This document shows, piece after piece, positions 13,601-27,214 of a stretch of 64,000 nt of DNA. This DNA is from Pocillopora damicornis (taxonomy: Eukaryota): contig NW_020846920.1 of assembly GCF_003704095.1 (NCBI RefSeq), positions 1 to 64,000 on the forward strand, in the 5' to 3' direction. The notes under the pieces are model-generated. The model had not been told where the DNA came from, made no database searches, and saw only the letters and a list, made by a program, of their open reading frames with translations. Made by a program: the position numbers and the translations under genes. Each line of letters starts with the position of its first letter. Position 1 is the stretch's first letter.

Positions 13601-16600
13601 NNNNNNNNNNNNNNNNNNNNNNNNNNNNNNNNNNNNNNNNNNNNNNNNNNNNNNNNNNNNNNNNNNNNNNNNNNNNNNNNNNNNNNNNNTGATCTCCACT
13701 TTTTGCGACAGATCAGTACTAGCTCTTTATCATGTAAACAACGGTGTTATACAAGGATTTCCAGCCTTGAGAAAAGCCGTAACAACACACGTGAAAAAAA
13801 ATACGATATTTTTTCACGTGTGTTTGATGTCGCCAATCAGCTGCTGACACGTCACTCGCTTTTNNNNNNNNNNNNNNNNNNNNNNNNNNNNNNNNNNNNN
13901 NNNNNNNNNNNNNNNNNNNNNNNNNNNNNNNNNNNNNNNNNNNNNNNNNNNNNNNNNNNNNNNAAGTTTATTTCATCAATTCTTTACAGGTTGACTCCAA
14001 CTTACATGTTCGTTTTGCTGTTTTTCGATAAAATGACGCCATTCTTGGGCGAGGGTCCGATGTGGTATACATTGCAGGCGGGCAACACTTGCGGCAGTTA
14101 CTGGTGGACTAATCTTCTCTACATCAACAACTTTTATCCCACTAAATTTTCAATTTCGGTATGACTTAAAACTAATGTTCAGGATAGTAGAGGTTGTGTA
14201 TGTTTAAATGGAGACCTTTTCTTATTATCAGCCTGGAAAAAGAACATGCCTGTTGAGGCTGAGGGACATTTGCAGAGGGAAGAATTTCGGAGTCCTGATA
14301 TCCAAACTCCACTCCCACGTTTTAAGACAGATAGGAAGTGTAGCCTTTTGTGGACTGTTTATTGACAGTTTTACGTGTATGGATCCTATCATTGTTTTCT
14401 TTACAGTGTATGGGCTGGTCCTGGTACTTAGCTAATGATATGCAGTTCTATATCATCTCTCCTGCTATCCTCTTCACGGCATACAGGTATTCAGGCTAAA
14501 AATCTCGCTTCTTTAGAAATGTTAGGTATCAACCTTGCACCATCCAGACAGAACATATATATTTCATTGTGGCCTGAATTTTCGCAAAAACTTAGTGTGC
14601 ACTATAGCTTCATGTGAGGAAAACTGTAAGCCTCATATTCGGTTTCAAGATGTGTTTAGACCAATCACTAGATAAAATTTTGATTTATTTTAGTCCGGAA
14701 TTGAGTATGGTAATGCTCCCAACTGCTGCTTTTGCGTGGCGCTTTAGCATTTCTGTGAGGTTCTAGTAATACACAGAATTAAACCTCTTTCGTGTTGAAA
14801 AATATAGTTCACTTTAAGGATAGTCAATGATTTCGTATAGTTTCTACTTTTGAAATATAAAGTCCTTTTATCATTTGTGGGATCGACTGACATGACCGCT
14901 GTATCAAGATGTAATGTTGGAAACGAAAGTACACAAATGGTACTTATATAACTGTCACTTCTTTTGTGCCAAGGACGCAAATGTATTATTGGCACAAAAA
15001 AAATTATTGCTGCTAAGATTTTCTCATAGGGAAATTCGTGCATTTTTCTTAACTTGCATCCTAGAGTATTTTTGTTGTTTCTAACTGTGACGTATTTTTG
15101 TGATTAGATTCCGCTTGCGGGGACTGCTTCTCATTGTTGCTGCGTTGATGGGGATCAGTTTTATCACAACAGCTATCTTATATGCACATTATCATCTTGC
15201 TGCGGTTCAGTTAAGTCCTGCAGCTACTGCTGAAGCGTAAGTCATTCTTACTTACCCTTATGTAAAATATGCAAAAGTAAATTGCAAATCCATATTGAGA
15301 GAAGAGGCAGCGTGCTGGTTACTGTGATGAACGCCGGATCGAAATATCAGGGTTTAAATCGTTGAGAAGGTTTTTGGGTGTGGCATTTTAATCTCACGGA
15401 AACTGTTTTCACCGAGCCCAGTTGTTCGAGGTAGTTGGTGCTAAATCAGAATTTAGAGATAAACTTGATTTTGATCTCTTTTCTATGAAACTGTGCATTA
15501 TTCTAGAATTTTGAGAGGTTTTCGAGGAAAAAGTGTACCCCCTGCATAAGCAGGAAAATTTTCGGAAAAGCTCTCAGAGCTAAATGAAAAATCTGTCCTT
15601 GCACCGAGCTAGCGAACTTGTGATTCGAACAAGCCAACCAAGGAATGTGAATCGCTGCCGAAAGACAGCCGAGAAACTTGTCACGTTAATTGTAAATCTT
15701 AAAACCTCTCCCTACTGGAACAAAGGGCCTACTCTGAACTTAGCATTGGAGATTAACAACACGCCACGATAGTTGTGTGAACTTGCAGGTTTATTGCTGG
15801 AGAACAGATAAAGCGCGTCTATCACAAGCCAAAACACGCGATTTAATCAAAGAGGCTGACCTTTACAGCAAAAGCCCTGATTATTAAATCGCTTATGTGT
15901 TTCTTGTTCATCATTTTGTTGTAGAGCGGCTGGTATTGATTCTTCGTCTCTCACATATGTCAAGCCCTACTGTCGAATTGCACCATATCTTGTTGGTATG
16001 GTGTTGGGTTACCTACTTGTTCACGCAAAGAATTGGAAGCTTCCCTCAAAGGTACTATGTTGTATTTTGATGCCTATCCTTTTCGTTGCTTGGTGTTTAT
16101 TGCCGTTCAATGTCGTGAATGATTCCGAGAGGTGCTCCCACGATTAGCTACAAGATTAACATTGTATTATTTGTTCCAATTACATTTATTTCAGATTGCT
16201 ATCATTATGAATTTTTAATGGGTTAAATTTATGGATTTTTAAGTAAATCAGTTTTTATTGTGTTGCCGAGGAGAAATATTTCTGAAGATTTATCAGTTGC
16301 CTTTAATTAACGCGATCATTAGAGATCTTGTTTTCTCTTGTAAGACCAACATGCGCTTGCTGAACATGGCTGGTTGGTGTGTGGCTATTGCCCTCGCTCT
16401 GTCGACGCTTTATGGCGAATACAAAGCTTTACGAAAAGACCATCCTGAACCTTTCTCTCGCGCCGAGAATATCACATACGGGACATTTTCCCGCTTTGCA
16501 TGGAGCTTGGCCTTAGCCTGGGTGATTTTTGCTTGTCAAAACGGATTTGGTGGTAAGTTTTTGTGTTATGCGAAATCTCAGCAGTTTTACGAGGTACATT

Positions 16601-17421
16601 ATGTGTTTTTGCATTTTGAGAATTAGGCGACTTTTGTAATCCATTTGTTTTTACTTGTCTTTGCTTGTCTGCTTTGAAGGTTTGGTGAATAAAATTTTGT
16701 CAGCTCGGTTCTGGATTCCATTAAGCCGTCTGACTTACTGTGCGTACCTTGTCCATATAATTGCTATTGTTGCACTCTATGGATCGTTCGAGACTGTGCA
16801 AGCATATTCTGATGTCCACATTGTAAGTTGTGTCGATTTTGTCTCGAGAAATTTATAGAAATTAAATAGAACAAAAACATAGTTTACTTTCATTAATCGC
16901 GTAAACGAGCCAGTTAGTATTAGTTGGAAACGAATCTGAGCTCATTAGTGTTATCGTTTTTTAATGGCTTGTGACAAGAATTCGAGAATGGTGTGGAAAT
17001 CTTTTCCCCTGCTTTCTTGTGAAAAAGTTGCACTCACGAGTGTGCGTTTTGACTCAACGACAATTTAGGACTGAAGAAGAACTAAGCCGAATTTTTAACT
17101 CGCGCCTTCTTCGAAGGGCGTGAGTTATTAGTGAATAGTGCGACAAACAAGAAAAATCGTCGACATTCAAACTTCTTGCCATTGCTTCAACTTCGTTACA
17201 GGAATAATCTATCGCAGCCTTCGACAAAACTTGCCTCGACAGCTCTCCTGACAGGCACATGATTATGCGTAGACCAATGTTTCTAACTGTTGTGTTACTT
17301 TACTTTGCAGTCCATCTCTTTTGTTGGAGTGGTCGGTATTTCATATGCAGCCGCTTTCGTGGTGTCAGTTTGCGTGGAATTTCCCATGATGCAGTTAGAG
17401 AAGCTTATTTTTGATCGTTGA
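7697..17421 (+). CDS. Nose resistant to fluoxetine 6 (NRF-6)/O-acyltransferase-like protein (NRF N-terminal domain plus acyltransferase-3 multi-pass domain)
   Basis: Exons: 7697-7931, 9473-9603, 9845-9929, 10402-10431, 10771-10894, 11479-11723, 12599-12769, 13327-13420, [one exon probably hidden in the gaps], 13990-14158, 14407-14486, 15108-15236, 15925-16051, 16345-16552, 16680-16822, 17311-17421. All introns are GT-AG and phase-consistent. Signal peptide, then the motifs LDALGKPQSGFLLGNFGWLGSYSEC, WGVCAPKQCS, INGMRVLSMWWVILGH, FSVDTFFFL, RLTPTY, WWTNLLYINNF, CMGWSWYLANDMQFY, YVKPYCRIAPYLVG, PLSRLTYCAYLVH and VEFPMMQLEK. Confidence 0.93.
10080..10355 (-). mobile_element. tRNA-derived SINE in an intron
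   Basis: The reverse strand begins ggctaatggttagtgcgctggactccggttcagg (tRNA-like A box and a degenerate B box), followed by a GC-richer body (ttgtgttcttaggcaagac...gggtaaccgcgcgacggactaacatcccatccaggggg). Confidence 0.65.
13784..13824. repeat. Perfect 16-bp inverted repeat (hairpin), probably a MITE centre
   Basis: aacacacgtgaaaaaa ... ttttttcacgtgtgtt, lying between two gaps. Confidence 0.6.
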
Positions 17422-18574
17422 TTTCTGAGGTCGTTTTCACTTGTCATATTGCGCCATACAATTAAATGCTAATTCTCGGTCTTATAGCCAGAAATTAACG
17501 AATCTCGAAATGCAGAAAAATGATAACAAACTGAACCGAAATCTTGTCATCAAACCTCATAACACAATCTTTTAAACTTTCTGAAACATCATCCTTGTTT
17601 CCTGAGAGGTCCTCAACATTAACTTCATGGTTCGCATGTTGTTAGAAAGCGTAGTAAATCAAGGCCACAACTCAACCTCACACATTTAGCAATTATCATC
17701 GTGCGATAGAGCTTTTATTATTTTCCTTCTCAGATAAATATCGTTGTATTTCCAAGTCAAGTGACCTTGCGTACGAAATTAAAAACAGAATTTCGAATTT
17801 TGAGGCCATTTACGATTAAAAGCGAGATTGAGCTGCTTGATGGTGGGGGCGTTTCGAAAGACGTCCATTCTAGAGACTAACTTTTGTTACCTTGCAAGTC
17901 TTGTTAACTTTTGTATTTAACGATTAAATCTTGCACTTATTTGTCAGTGGCTTCAAAATGTTAATTATAGTTAATCTTACCGCGACAGTTTTATGTGTTT
18001 ACCAAAACAAGTTACATGGCTATGCAGAGGGCCTAATACCCATGTCTTGTACTGTTAGCTTGGTACTTCATATCTAACTTTTGTAAGTAATAAAGCATAC
18101 GAGTAAGGGCTTAAGCCCCTTTTTAACCCCTGTAAACATTACTTGTAACATCGCATCTGAGGATATGAGTATTATGATGCATAATAAAGGGGACGTTTAC
18201 GTTTGGTGATATAAATCAGGGCCGTTTTTTTAGTGTTTCGTGTCTTTACTTCACATCAAATGATTTATCTTGGCTTGAATTGCTTAGTCCGTAAACCCTT
18301 CTTATTCGCATTTTTTTTCGCTTATGATTGTACGTTTGTTTGTTTTTATCTTCCACTTTTTCGAAACAGAGACGCTTTGAAGACCAAAAAACTTTCATGG
18401 TTGATCTGATTACCGTGGATTCGATTTTTGTGGAGTTCGTGCTTGATCAGCGTACCACACAGTTCCCTGATTATTTTGAACTTTTTAGCTGCATTGTAAA
18501 ACGCCAGCTCGTCTTGTACATTTTGATAAAAGTTTAACTTAATTTTGCCTTAGTGGGGCTTTCGTATGACCCTC

Positions 18575-21500
18575 TCACTCTTGATCAGAAGAAGGAACCT
18601 GGTGAACAGACCGTGGGATCTGCTGTGAATAAGTCTTCGACGAATCGTCGTTTGCTGGCGGGATCAATTCATGTTTCGTCAGCTCCGGTCCCTGGGTAGT
18701 TGGCACATCTCCGACGCGACCTACTCGGCGGCATCCGAATAACCGGCAATAGGCTTTCCTGTAGGAAGGATTCATGACTCCATAAATTATAGGGTTAATG
18801 GCGGAACTTGTAATACCAAATATGGTATACATGTAATAGGTTCCACGGGTTAGCTCCCATTCCGACCCAAGAAATGCATCGACAATGTCAATCACCAGTA
18901 CTGGTGTCCAGCACAGGACGAAACCTACCACAGTAGCAAATAAAATCTTGGTGACCCTGATATCTTCCAACGAAATTACTATTTGGCGGGTGTTTCCTTT
19001 CCGAAGATTGTTTGCAACGTTTTTCTCATGGGCTTTCAACGCTTTGAACACACTCAGGTAGCATACGATGAGAATTAACATTGAGATGGCAATAAAACCG
19101 TAAAAGGGTAGCACGAGCAAAGTGAACTTCGATTCCATGAAACAAAAGAACTTTCCAGGTTGGAATACGTAATCTTTACCAGCCGCAGTGTAAGTCAAAG
19201 GTGTGATAAAGGCAGATGCCCATCCACCGAGTATGATGAGGATTGCATTCCTTGGAGTGAAGATAACTCTGTACTGTGAGGTTTTGACAATATGAAAATA
19301 TCTGAGAAACAAAACCAAAAGGTATCAGTAGATGGACCCTTTTTGGGAAATGGTGTCAGTAAATATGAATCTGTTTCGGCAAATCACTTCTAATCAAGTG
19401 TGGTAGAGGTTTAGTCATTCATGTTATTTCTATCCAGATGAATATAGTGCAATTCTAAATTGTAATACTTATTGGACATTGTGTATTTCTGGTGGTATAT
19501 AGCATCCTCCAAAAATCAGCAGACATTTTAAATTTTAATTGCGTCAACTCCCTGATATTAGGCGCAATGTAAACTGCTCGAGTCAAGGAAAGGAGTTAAC
19601 AAGAAATCTCTGGTTTCGTCTCTAAACTGGAGGAGGAACCATAGATTGAATTTCAAGGAGTTACATGATAATTTAGCTTAGCAAACGCAGGCCGGTGCCT
19701 TCTTTCCAACCAATAGAACCCAGTGCTCGTGCTTTCCCGCTCTTTCATCGGCTCTGCGCCTTTCAACGCAAGGAATAAAAGGAAATTCTTTGAAGTAATT
19801 TTCTCTTAGAATCCCTATCCTGTCCACCCCGACTAGATGCAAAACTATTTTCAGTTAAACGTGACTTGCAATGAAAGCTTTTTTTGATGAGTTCGATTAA
19901 GTGTCCCCAAAATATTTAAGAAGAACCACAGTATCTACGCTACCGATTTTTCCGTCAGATTTGTGAGTTGTTATACATTTTAGTCAATTTTAAGACGGTC
20001 GGTTTCCCAACCTAATTTCAGCATAAACAACTCAAGTCAAATCAAATGTGACCGAAAAACTCCTTAAGAAAAAAAGCGGCATCTTAAAGTTATAGCCAAT
20101 TGTTTCAAATTCTGCTCATACAATTCGCTTAACTTACAAGTAACAATTCAATTAAGCTGGTAGCCTGAAACCAATTTGAAGTATTTACTTTTTGGTTAAA
20201 AAAAATTATTCATCTAATGAATTTTATTATTGCATTTCTTTAACAACGGAGATAAAACACTCAAATGGAATTGAATCTTCCAACATTTTACCATAGATCA
20301 TCATCATGACACTAAAATGTACGGATGAAATGAGAATGCAACTATTAATAATTCACCAGAAATTTATGCGTGTCGCATGTTATTCCAAAGTTTTTTTATT
20401 TATTTATTTTTATCTTGACTTGTGGAAACAAGTGCAAATAATAATTTTCCCGGTTTGGTACTCCGAAAAGAAAAAAATGGATCAGAATCAAAATATTAGA
20501 ATAAAGCGAATTGCAACTCTGTGAATAGGACTTCCGTGGTTTAAATAACCTCACTTTAAAGATAACGCCATTTTTTTGTTTAAAAAATGTCTTCTTGAAA
20601 GAGGAAAAAGTAATAATTGGGGTGAATCCAACTGTCAAGACAGGGTGTTCCGAATAAATGTAATGACACTGTATTTGCCAATAAAGTGTTTACAAAGGAA
20701 ACCAGTAATAAAAGAATCGTGCATGGAAGGTTTACCTTTTCCATTTAACAACCTTGGAAGTAGCAAATTGAATTTTTTTTTTCATCCATTCGCACACACG
20801 ACACTTTGACTCAACTGATCCTAACAGCGGGAAGGACTATTGTCAATGCCACATAGCACAAGGACCATCATTGTTAACGACATTCATTTTTTTCTTCTTT
20901 TTTAACCCTGCATCGGCACAGCTTAATGAGAGTTTTTCCTGAAAACGATTTGCAGATCCTACCTTGCGCTATATTTTTTTTCTAGTCTCGTTCAATAAAC
21001 TGAGAGGAAACAAATTATTTTGCTTCTGTGTAATAAAAGAGGGGGACGCAGAAGACAACGGTGAACAAAAAGGGAATAGTGAGGCGACGGGTTAAGTTGA
21101 CCTTATAGAGCGTTGATACTTACAAAATTAAGCCGAATGATAATCTAGGTTTATATGATCTACAAGGAACTGAGCTGCACGAGTCTGATTGGCCATCGAT
21201 TGTAGTGCGGAAACTAACATTAAATTTTAGGTTTGGTCTTTTGTCTAATAAGTAATTTTAAATGATGTTTCCTCTTGCTCAAGGGAGAAAACTTGAATTT
21301 ACCCTGATTGTAGCTTTGCTTTACAACACCGTTTCTCGTCCTCGTCATTATAATACATGTAGCGCAATTACAATTCCCCTGACCCATTCTATCAGCGAAT
21401 GGCGCTTGCGAGCCGTTTATAAACGAATGCCAAAATACGCCTGGAAAAAATATTCACTAGAGCTAAGATAAAAAAAGTCAAACAAATATTGAAAACAAAG

Positions 21501-21951
21501 GTTGGCACTCTTCATCAAAACAGATCTTTCTTTCCAAATCTCTACTTCATTTATCAAAAATTGAATTCATTGAATTAAAACTGAATTTATTCTCTTACCT
21601 GTTTATCGCAACTAGAGCAAGTGTTCCTAACGAAGCACAGGCGACCAACATGACGATGAAACCTTGAATCTGGCAGAGTAGGTCTCCAAATAACCAGTCG
21701 CCAGTCATAAGTACTGCTATTGAAAATGGCGCGCACAAATCCAACATTATGATATCAGATATCGCCAAGGAAACAACAAAATACGCGGGAATGTTCCGGA
21801 GACGATGATTTTTGTACAAGACCAGAAGAACTGCAAAGTTACCAACAGTGCCTACAGATACAATGAACGCGTACAGGAATGATTCTCCAGCAGTGGAGGA
21901 AATCGATCGGGACAACAGTTCTTCGTGTAAAGATGTGGTAGGAGCCGCCAT
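18575..21951 (-). CDS. Class A (rhodopsin-family) GPCR, melatonin-receptor-like
   Basis: Exon 1 21951-21599 (MAAPTT...GTVGN...SLAISD...C...AINR) and exon 2 19301-18575. The phase-2 intron restores the NRY motif. FVLCWTP (TM6) and SAINPIIYG (TM7) are present, with seven hydrophobic segments. There is no Lys at the opsin retinal-binding position. Confidence 0.92.
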
Positions 21952-24900
21952 GATTTCAGATTGCAAGTCAACTGATCACCACGCTTAAAGAGAAATAACT
22001 ACGATCCTCAATGAGATAACATTTAAAAAAAAACCTAACTGTCATTCACAAACAAACATGAAAAGAGAAAATTAACATATGACACATAAACCAATTCGTT
22101 TGCACTTAAGAAGTGTTTCCTTACAGGCAATGTTTCCCTAGGGGCAACGTCCTTCACATAATCTTTAAAAGCCCCAAAATAAAACCTCTCCAAAGCTTCA
22201 ATTAACACCCACCCATATTCCATATTCTTTCACAAACAGGTGTTTTGCTTGAAAATAAGATAAATATTAGATTAACAAATGACTTTTGTTGAATTATTTC
22301 GGAGACTGACGTCTCTTTATTCCTTACTGAATCCCTTTTTAATTTTCTGGAAAAATAGAAAATGTTCAGCTGCTTTTTCGAAAGCAAATTAGCGCTAACC
22401 ATGGTTAAATTTTAATCCAGGTTTTTTTTCTTTTTCCAAAGCCTCTTAGGGAACATTTTCTCTATTGTTTTTAGAACACCCAAGGGGCATATTGCAAGCA
22501 AAAAGATTTGAACTGAATTTTATTTTAAAGCTTTTAGACCTGAAATCAAATTCCACCCTAACCTTGGATTATCTTCACCCAGCTTTGAACAACCCGGGCC
22601 AGAAGGTGATATGCGCAAGAAAAGGCAGAATTTATAATTTTAATTATTAAATATTTTTGCGCTTAAACAAAATGCCGCGAACATTTCAATGAAAAACGAA
22701 GCTTAATCTGATATAAATTTTAAGTACATCCACCAAGTCTTAATTTTGTTCTAAGGGGGTTAGTTTCAAAAGAAACTGTAGCGCTGCGTCGGTGCGAGTA
22801 ATGCAAGAAGATTTTGTTTTATCAACTGCTAACGCTCGAAACGTCAGCTTTGGAAACTTTGTACATGACGGTGGCCAATATTTTTACCTTGTCAACTCAG
22901 ATGATGAAACCAAATTATCCTTAAAATTTTGCAGGCACCTTACCATATATAGACCGTTACGACTCACTATACGATCCGACTCAATCCCAGTTTCAGTTTG
23001 CAAATCAAGATTGGTTATTCAACATTAATCTGTCATTTTACATTGATTAATAAGTGACGAGATTATCTGATATCGGTTTTCAAAAAAAAAATCCATTACC
23101 TGTCGCTTCTCTTACCCAAAGCGTAAATTGAAACACATGATCTTATTTCTTAACTGGTCAAGTGAAAGGTGACATATTGGTCTCTTACAGTCAACAATTA
23201 AAATCATTGTGAAAACTTGACTGAACAAAAAAAATCAGGCCTTGAAAGAAGATTGTACTTACTCCCTCGAAAAGGAGTATGTCTTATCTCATACATTGTG
23301 TGTGAATTTAGTGGCGTACTTACTACTGTAAAGCGAAACTCTTTAAAACCCTTGACTACTTAACTCTCGTAATCCCAGTGTGACTTAACGAATAAAGATG
23401 ACACGGCTTAGGACCACTAATTGTCTCGTATGCAGTAGACAAGAAACAAAAGCGAGGATAGAACGAGAAATTACACATGCAAGATTTAATCATTTTCCAT
23501 TAAAAGAAGCCTATCTCTGCTATTAGGTGGAACGTTTGAAAGTGAAAAAATAGCCAATCATTTTGATATAATTTAAATAAGGGAAAAATATTGAAAGTTT
23601 ATCAAGATGCTAAAAACGTGGAGTGTTTTCGCTAATATTTCGGCAAAACCCGTGCCGTTACTAGACTAAAAGTTCTCACCATACGAAGAAGTCCATCCTT
23701 AATCAAAATTGACTGGTGAAATCAATTTGCTTTGAGCCGATCTTCGTGAGTTCGAGAAAGCCCTGAAAAATATGCCCATTACATTAAACGATCTGGTCAC
23801 TCATTTCACCTGAATTGAAGCTAAGAGTAAGATACAGTGAAAGTGGATCACTATATTGTATAGGTGATAATACACAAATCTACAGGTGAAAAGCGAAATT
23901 TTTCGGCACGTTAGAGCACTGACCCAAAGACTTTACCTTTCAGGTCCGTTGTTCAAAAACAGTCTTTTTTCTAAATACCACACAGGTAAATAAAGCTTTT
24001 TGTGCACGCTGATTGGCTCTTTCGGAAGTGATTCGCAAGTACCATACACCTCCGCGCAGCCGAAGAGACAAAATCGCGCCTAATTACAGGCAAACAATGA
24101 ACTGAAAATAAGCACCCAATCCTTGTTAAATACACTGTTTCTGCTAATTTGATTGTTAACCGGAACAAAAATGTCCCCCGTCATTTAAAGATCTTAAATA
24201 GGCGAACTTATCAAGCACGAATTCACTTTGTAAGATGACACTGTTGCAACACATGTAAGACTTAAAAGTGATATCGATTGGCGATAATTAAACCGCTTTC
24301 CACTTACTCTTTGAGCAAAAGTAGAGAAAAAAAAATCATTTGCAAAAGAAAGAAATAGAAATTTAGTCATAACAGGTCTACTCAGCAGGTGTTCAAATCG
24401 ATGGTTTACTCTCGCAAACAATATTTATCAGCTTTTTAGGCCGAGCCTTTGTTCTGCTCAGTTTGATAATTAAAATTTGTCATGGCAAATACAGCATGTG
24501 CTTGAAGCTTTTGCATGAGACAATATGCCCTTCCATGAAAGCTTAAAATTCAAACGCCAGTAATTAGAGAGTTACGATTAATCTCAGTGGAAAATGATTT
24601 CAGATGTCTTTTGAACTAATCAAGAAGGAATATGCCATAAAAATAAATGACTTATTTGCGAGGAAAACGCCTTAGCTTCGCCAATATATTCGTGATATTT
24701 GTTCTTAACACACACTTACAGGCAAATTTCCATCGAAATAAACGAATTATTTTACCAGCATAGCTCTTGCTTTCGTCGATTTATTCGTGATCGATATTTA
24801 TACTGAACACACAGATGCAAATTTTGAATTAGTACATATAAGAAATGAGATCATCGCTGAGGGAAATAATTCCAACTGTCAATCGATCGTTGGAAAATTA

Positions 24901-27214
24901 CAATAAATATAAAAGCCTTATTTAAAAGAAGAACCTTCGCTTCGTTATTTCATTCGCAGCAATGGTTCAAAACACTTACTGTAAGTAGCTTTTGGCGCGA
25001 AGTAAGAATCTGGAGAAATGAATTCGCCACTTAAACAGCATTTAACAACTATGGTGTATTAATGCAGAGTTCAGATTTGTAACACGAAGATATTTGCAGT
25101 TCTTTATAGCATCTGCAACTTATCAATCATACGAAGGTAAAACACACACATAAACATTGCACTCGACCTTTTCTGACGTAACGAGGGAAACGTAGACAAA
25201 AATACCTGTGGTTTCTTCAAATGTGAAAAGGTTTTCTGTTTGGTCGTCTAGAACCTTCGCAATCTCGTGGAGACTCGAAGCATCTGCTTTCCATTTTAGC
25301 ACCCTCCTGCCTTTAACTTATCCTAAAATTGCTGAGGTGATTAAACAGAAGCGTGCGATCTGATTGGCTGACGGAACGTCATATCTTGCTAATATCACTT
25401 CGCACAGGGTGATTTTAATAATGAGTGGAAGCACCTTTCTTTTGAAACACGCAAAACCGTCTAACGGTTGGCTTCGACCATTATCTTGCCATTTTTCGTC
25501 TCATACTGTGAGATTTCTCACTGACATGACGACCTCGTGATTCTAAATGTTTCCGAGGAAAACGTTTTGATAATCTCCAAGGCCCGTGAATTTCGTTGCT
25601 TGTTGAATTTTGTTATCAATACAATAACGTCCTTATTTGCTTTATAAATGACAGGAGACTATTAATTACGCTTCGATTTACTTATGTTGCGAAATAAAAG
25701 CACGTACAATGAGGTCATCTATTACCAAACCTATGAGAAAAGTGGGTAAATGCAGAAAGGGAAAAGAGATAGTTGTCAAGGATCTTATAGTTGCTAAATA
25801 GCCCTGTGTACTAACCGCAGTTCAAAGGCAAGAATTCTTCGCTCGCGCTTTTAGGCTAGAGGCTTAACAATGAGGCATCGTCTGTACTAGACCAAGTCTT
25901 CATGAACCCGAACACAGTTCACTTGATTCAGTAGCGAGAAAACGTGTTAGGTTACTGGGAGCCAATTGGTTAATCATTGGACATGATTAAAACACACCGT
26001 GTCTCGTTACACTCATAACCGTGAGACAGGCCAGCTATGGGAAGAAATTATTAGTCAATTTCTATACTAGGGAGGATGTTTTAAGTGGTTTGTTGCGACT
26101 TACAGAATAACTATTCTAAACCCTTTAAAATTAATGGCTTCTTAAGGTATAAAAGGCAACAGAACTTGAGGACAATCCGTAAAGGAACCAGGATGACTGA
26201 GGATACAGAATGGTTAACCATTGGTCACCGTAGTGGAAGAAAATATCTCCCATTTTCACTGACACTGAGGTGAATGAAATAATGTTTTAGTATATGCCAC
26301 ACTGAAACCAAAATATTAGTTTATTTCTGTAAATACACCGAAAAATGCTCGGAAACCAAACTCTTGACGGGCGAGTTTGTCTCTTCGGCTACTCAGTGGT
26401 GAATTATACACACTTCTGAAATCGCCAATCAGCGTGCACGAAAAGAACTATGGGGTATATACAAATAAAACTGGTTACAAACAGCGCACTTACGAGGTAA
26501 GGTCAAGTTTAAGTTCGAGCCAAGAGCTACACAAAGCGCTGGGATCAATCCAAGTCCCCGCTACATGCAGCGGCTGGGAGAATTGCCCCTCTTCCTGGAG
26601 TCGTGAGGCAAAAGACGAAGGTCCCACGGATTTGACACGCAACACTTTGTAAGAACAAAACAACAAAAATATGTTTTGGGCCCAGTCAAGAGTAATTTTA
26701 GCCCAAGAACATAAACTGTGTTACCATTACATCAGAGGATAAAATCCTCTCCAACAATTCTTATTACTTTGTTGAGCTTGAGAAAATAAAATACGGAAAA
26801 AAATAATCACCACAATGCCAATATACAGCATTACAACAATTTACCGCTCGTGTCTTGGACACTAAGCGGGACATAGTTGACTCTCTTTCCAGCATTCAAC
26901 TATATTCGATTCGCTCATGGGTCTTCAACATGATAATCTCTCAGTAGCAGACGCTGATATCTACTTTCGTTTGAGCTTTATTCTTGTAACTCATTACGAA
27001 ATAGTACAGGATCTAGATTAACATAAACCTTGACTGTTACGAACAAAATCGAGGAAAGGCAGCTTCGAGGGTAAACAACACCCGCTCGTTCGATGAAATT
27101 CTATTTATTCTTATTGTTTGACTGTTCAAGAGCAAACTAAAGGTAACCACTGGGGTTAACTGATTAAGATCCTCACATAAGATTTCGCATCAACCAGCAA
27201 CAGTGTTAGATCCT

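Noticed and set aside
18575-21951. GPCR as an opsin
   Set aside because: TM7 reads IFGITSSAINPIIY, with no retinal-binding lysine. The NRY motif fits the melatonin-receptor-like cnidarian GPCRs, but the ligand cannot be inferred.
22000-27200. Short ORFs between the GPCR and CNOT10 (likewise 40500-44100 and 51400-54900)
   Set aside because: No domain similarity, coding-like composition or consistent splice pattern; treated as intergenic or UTR sequence.
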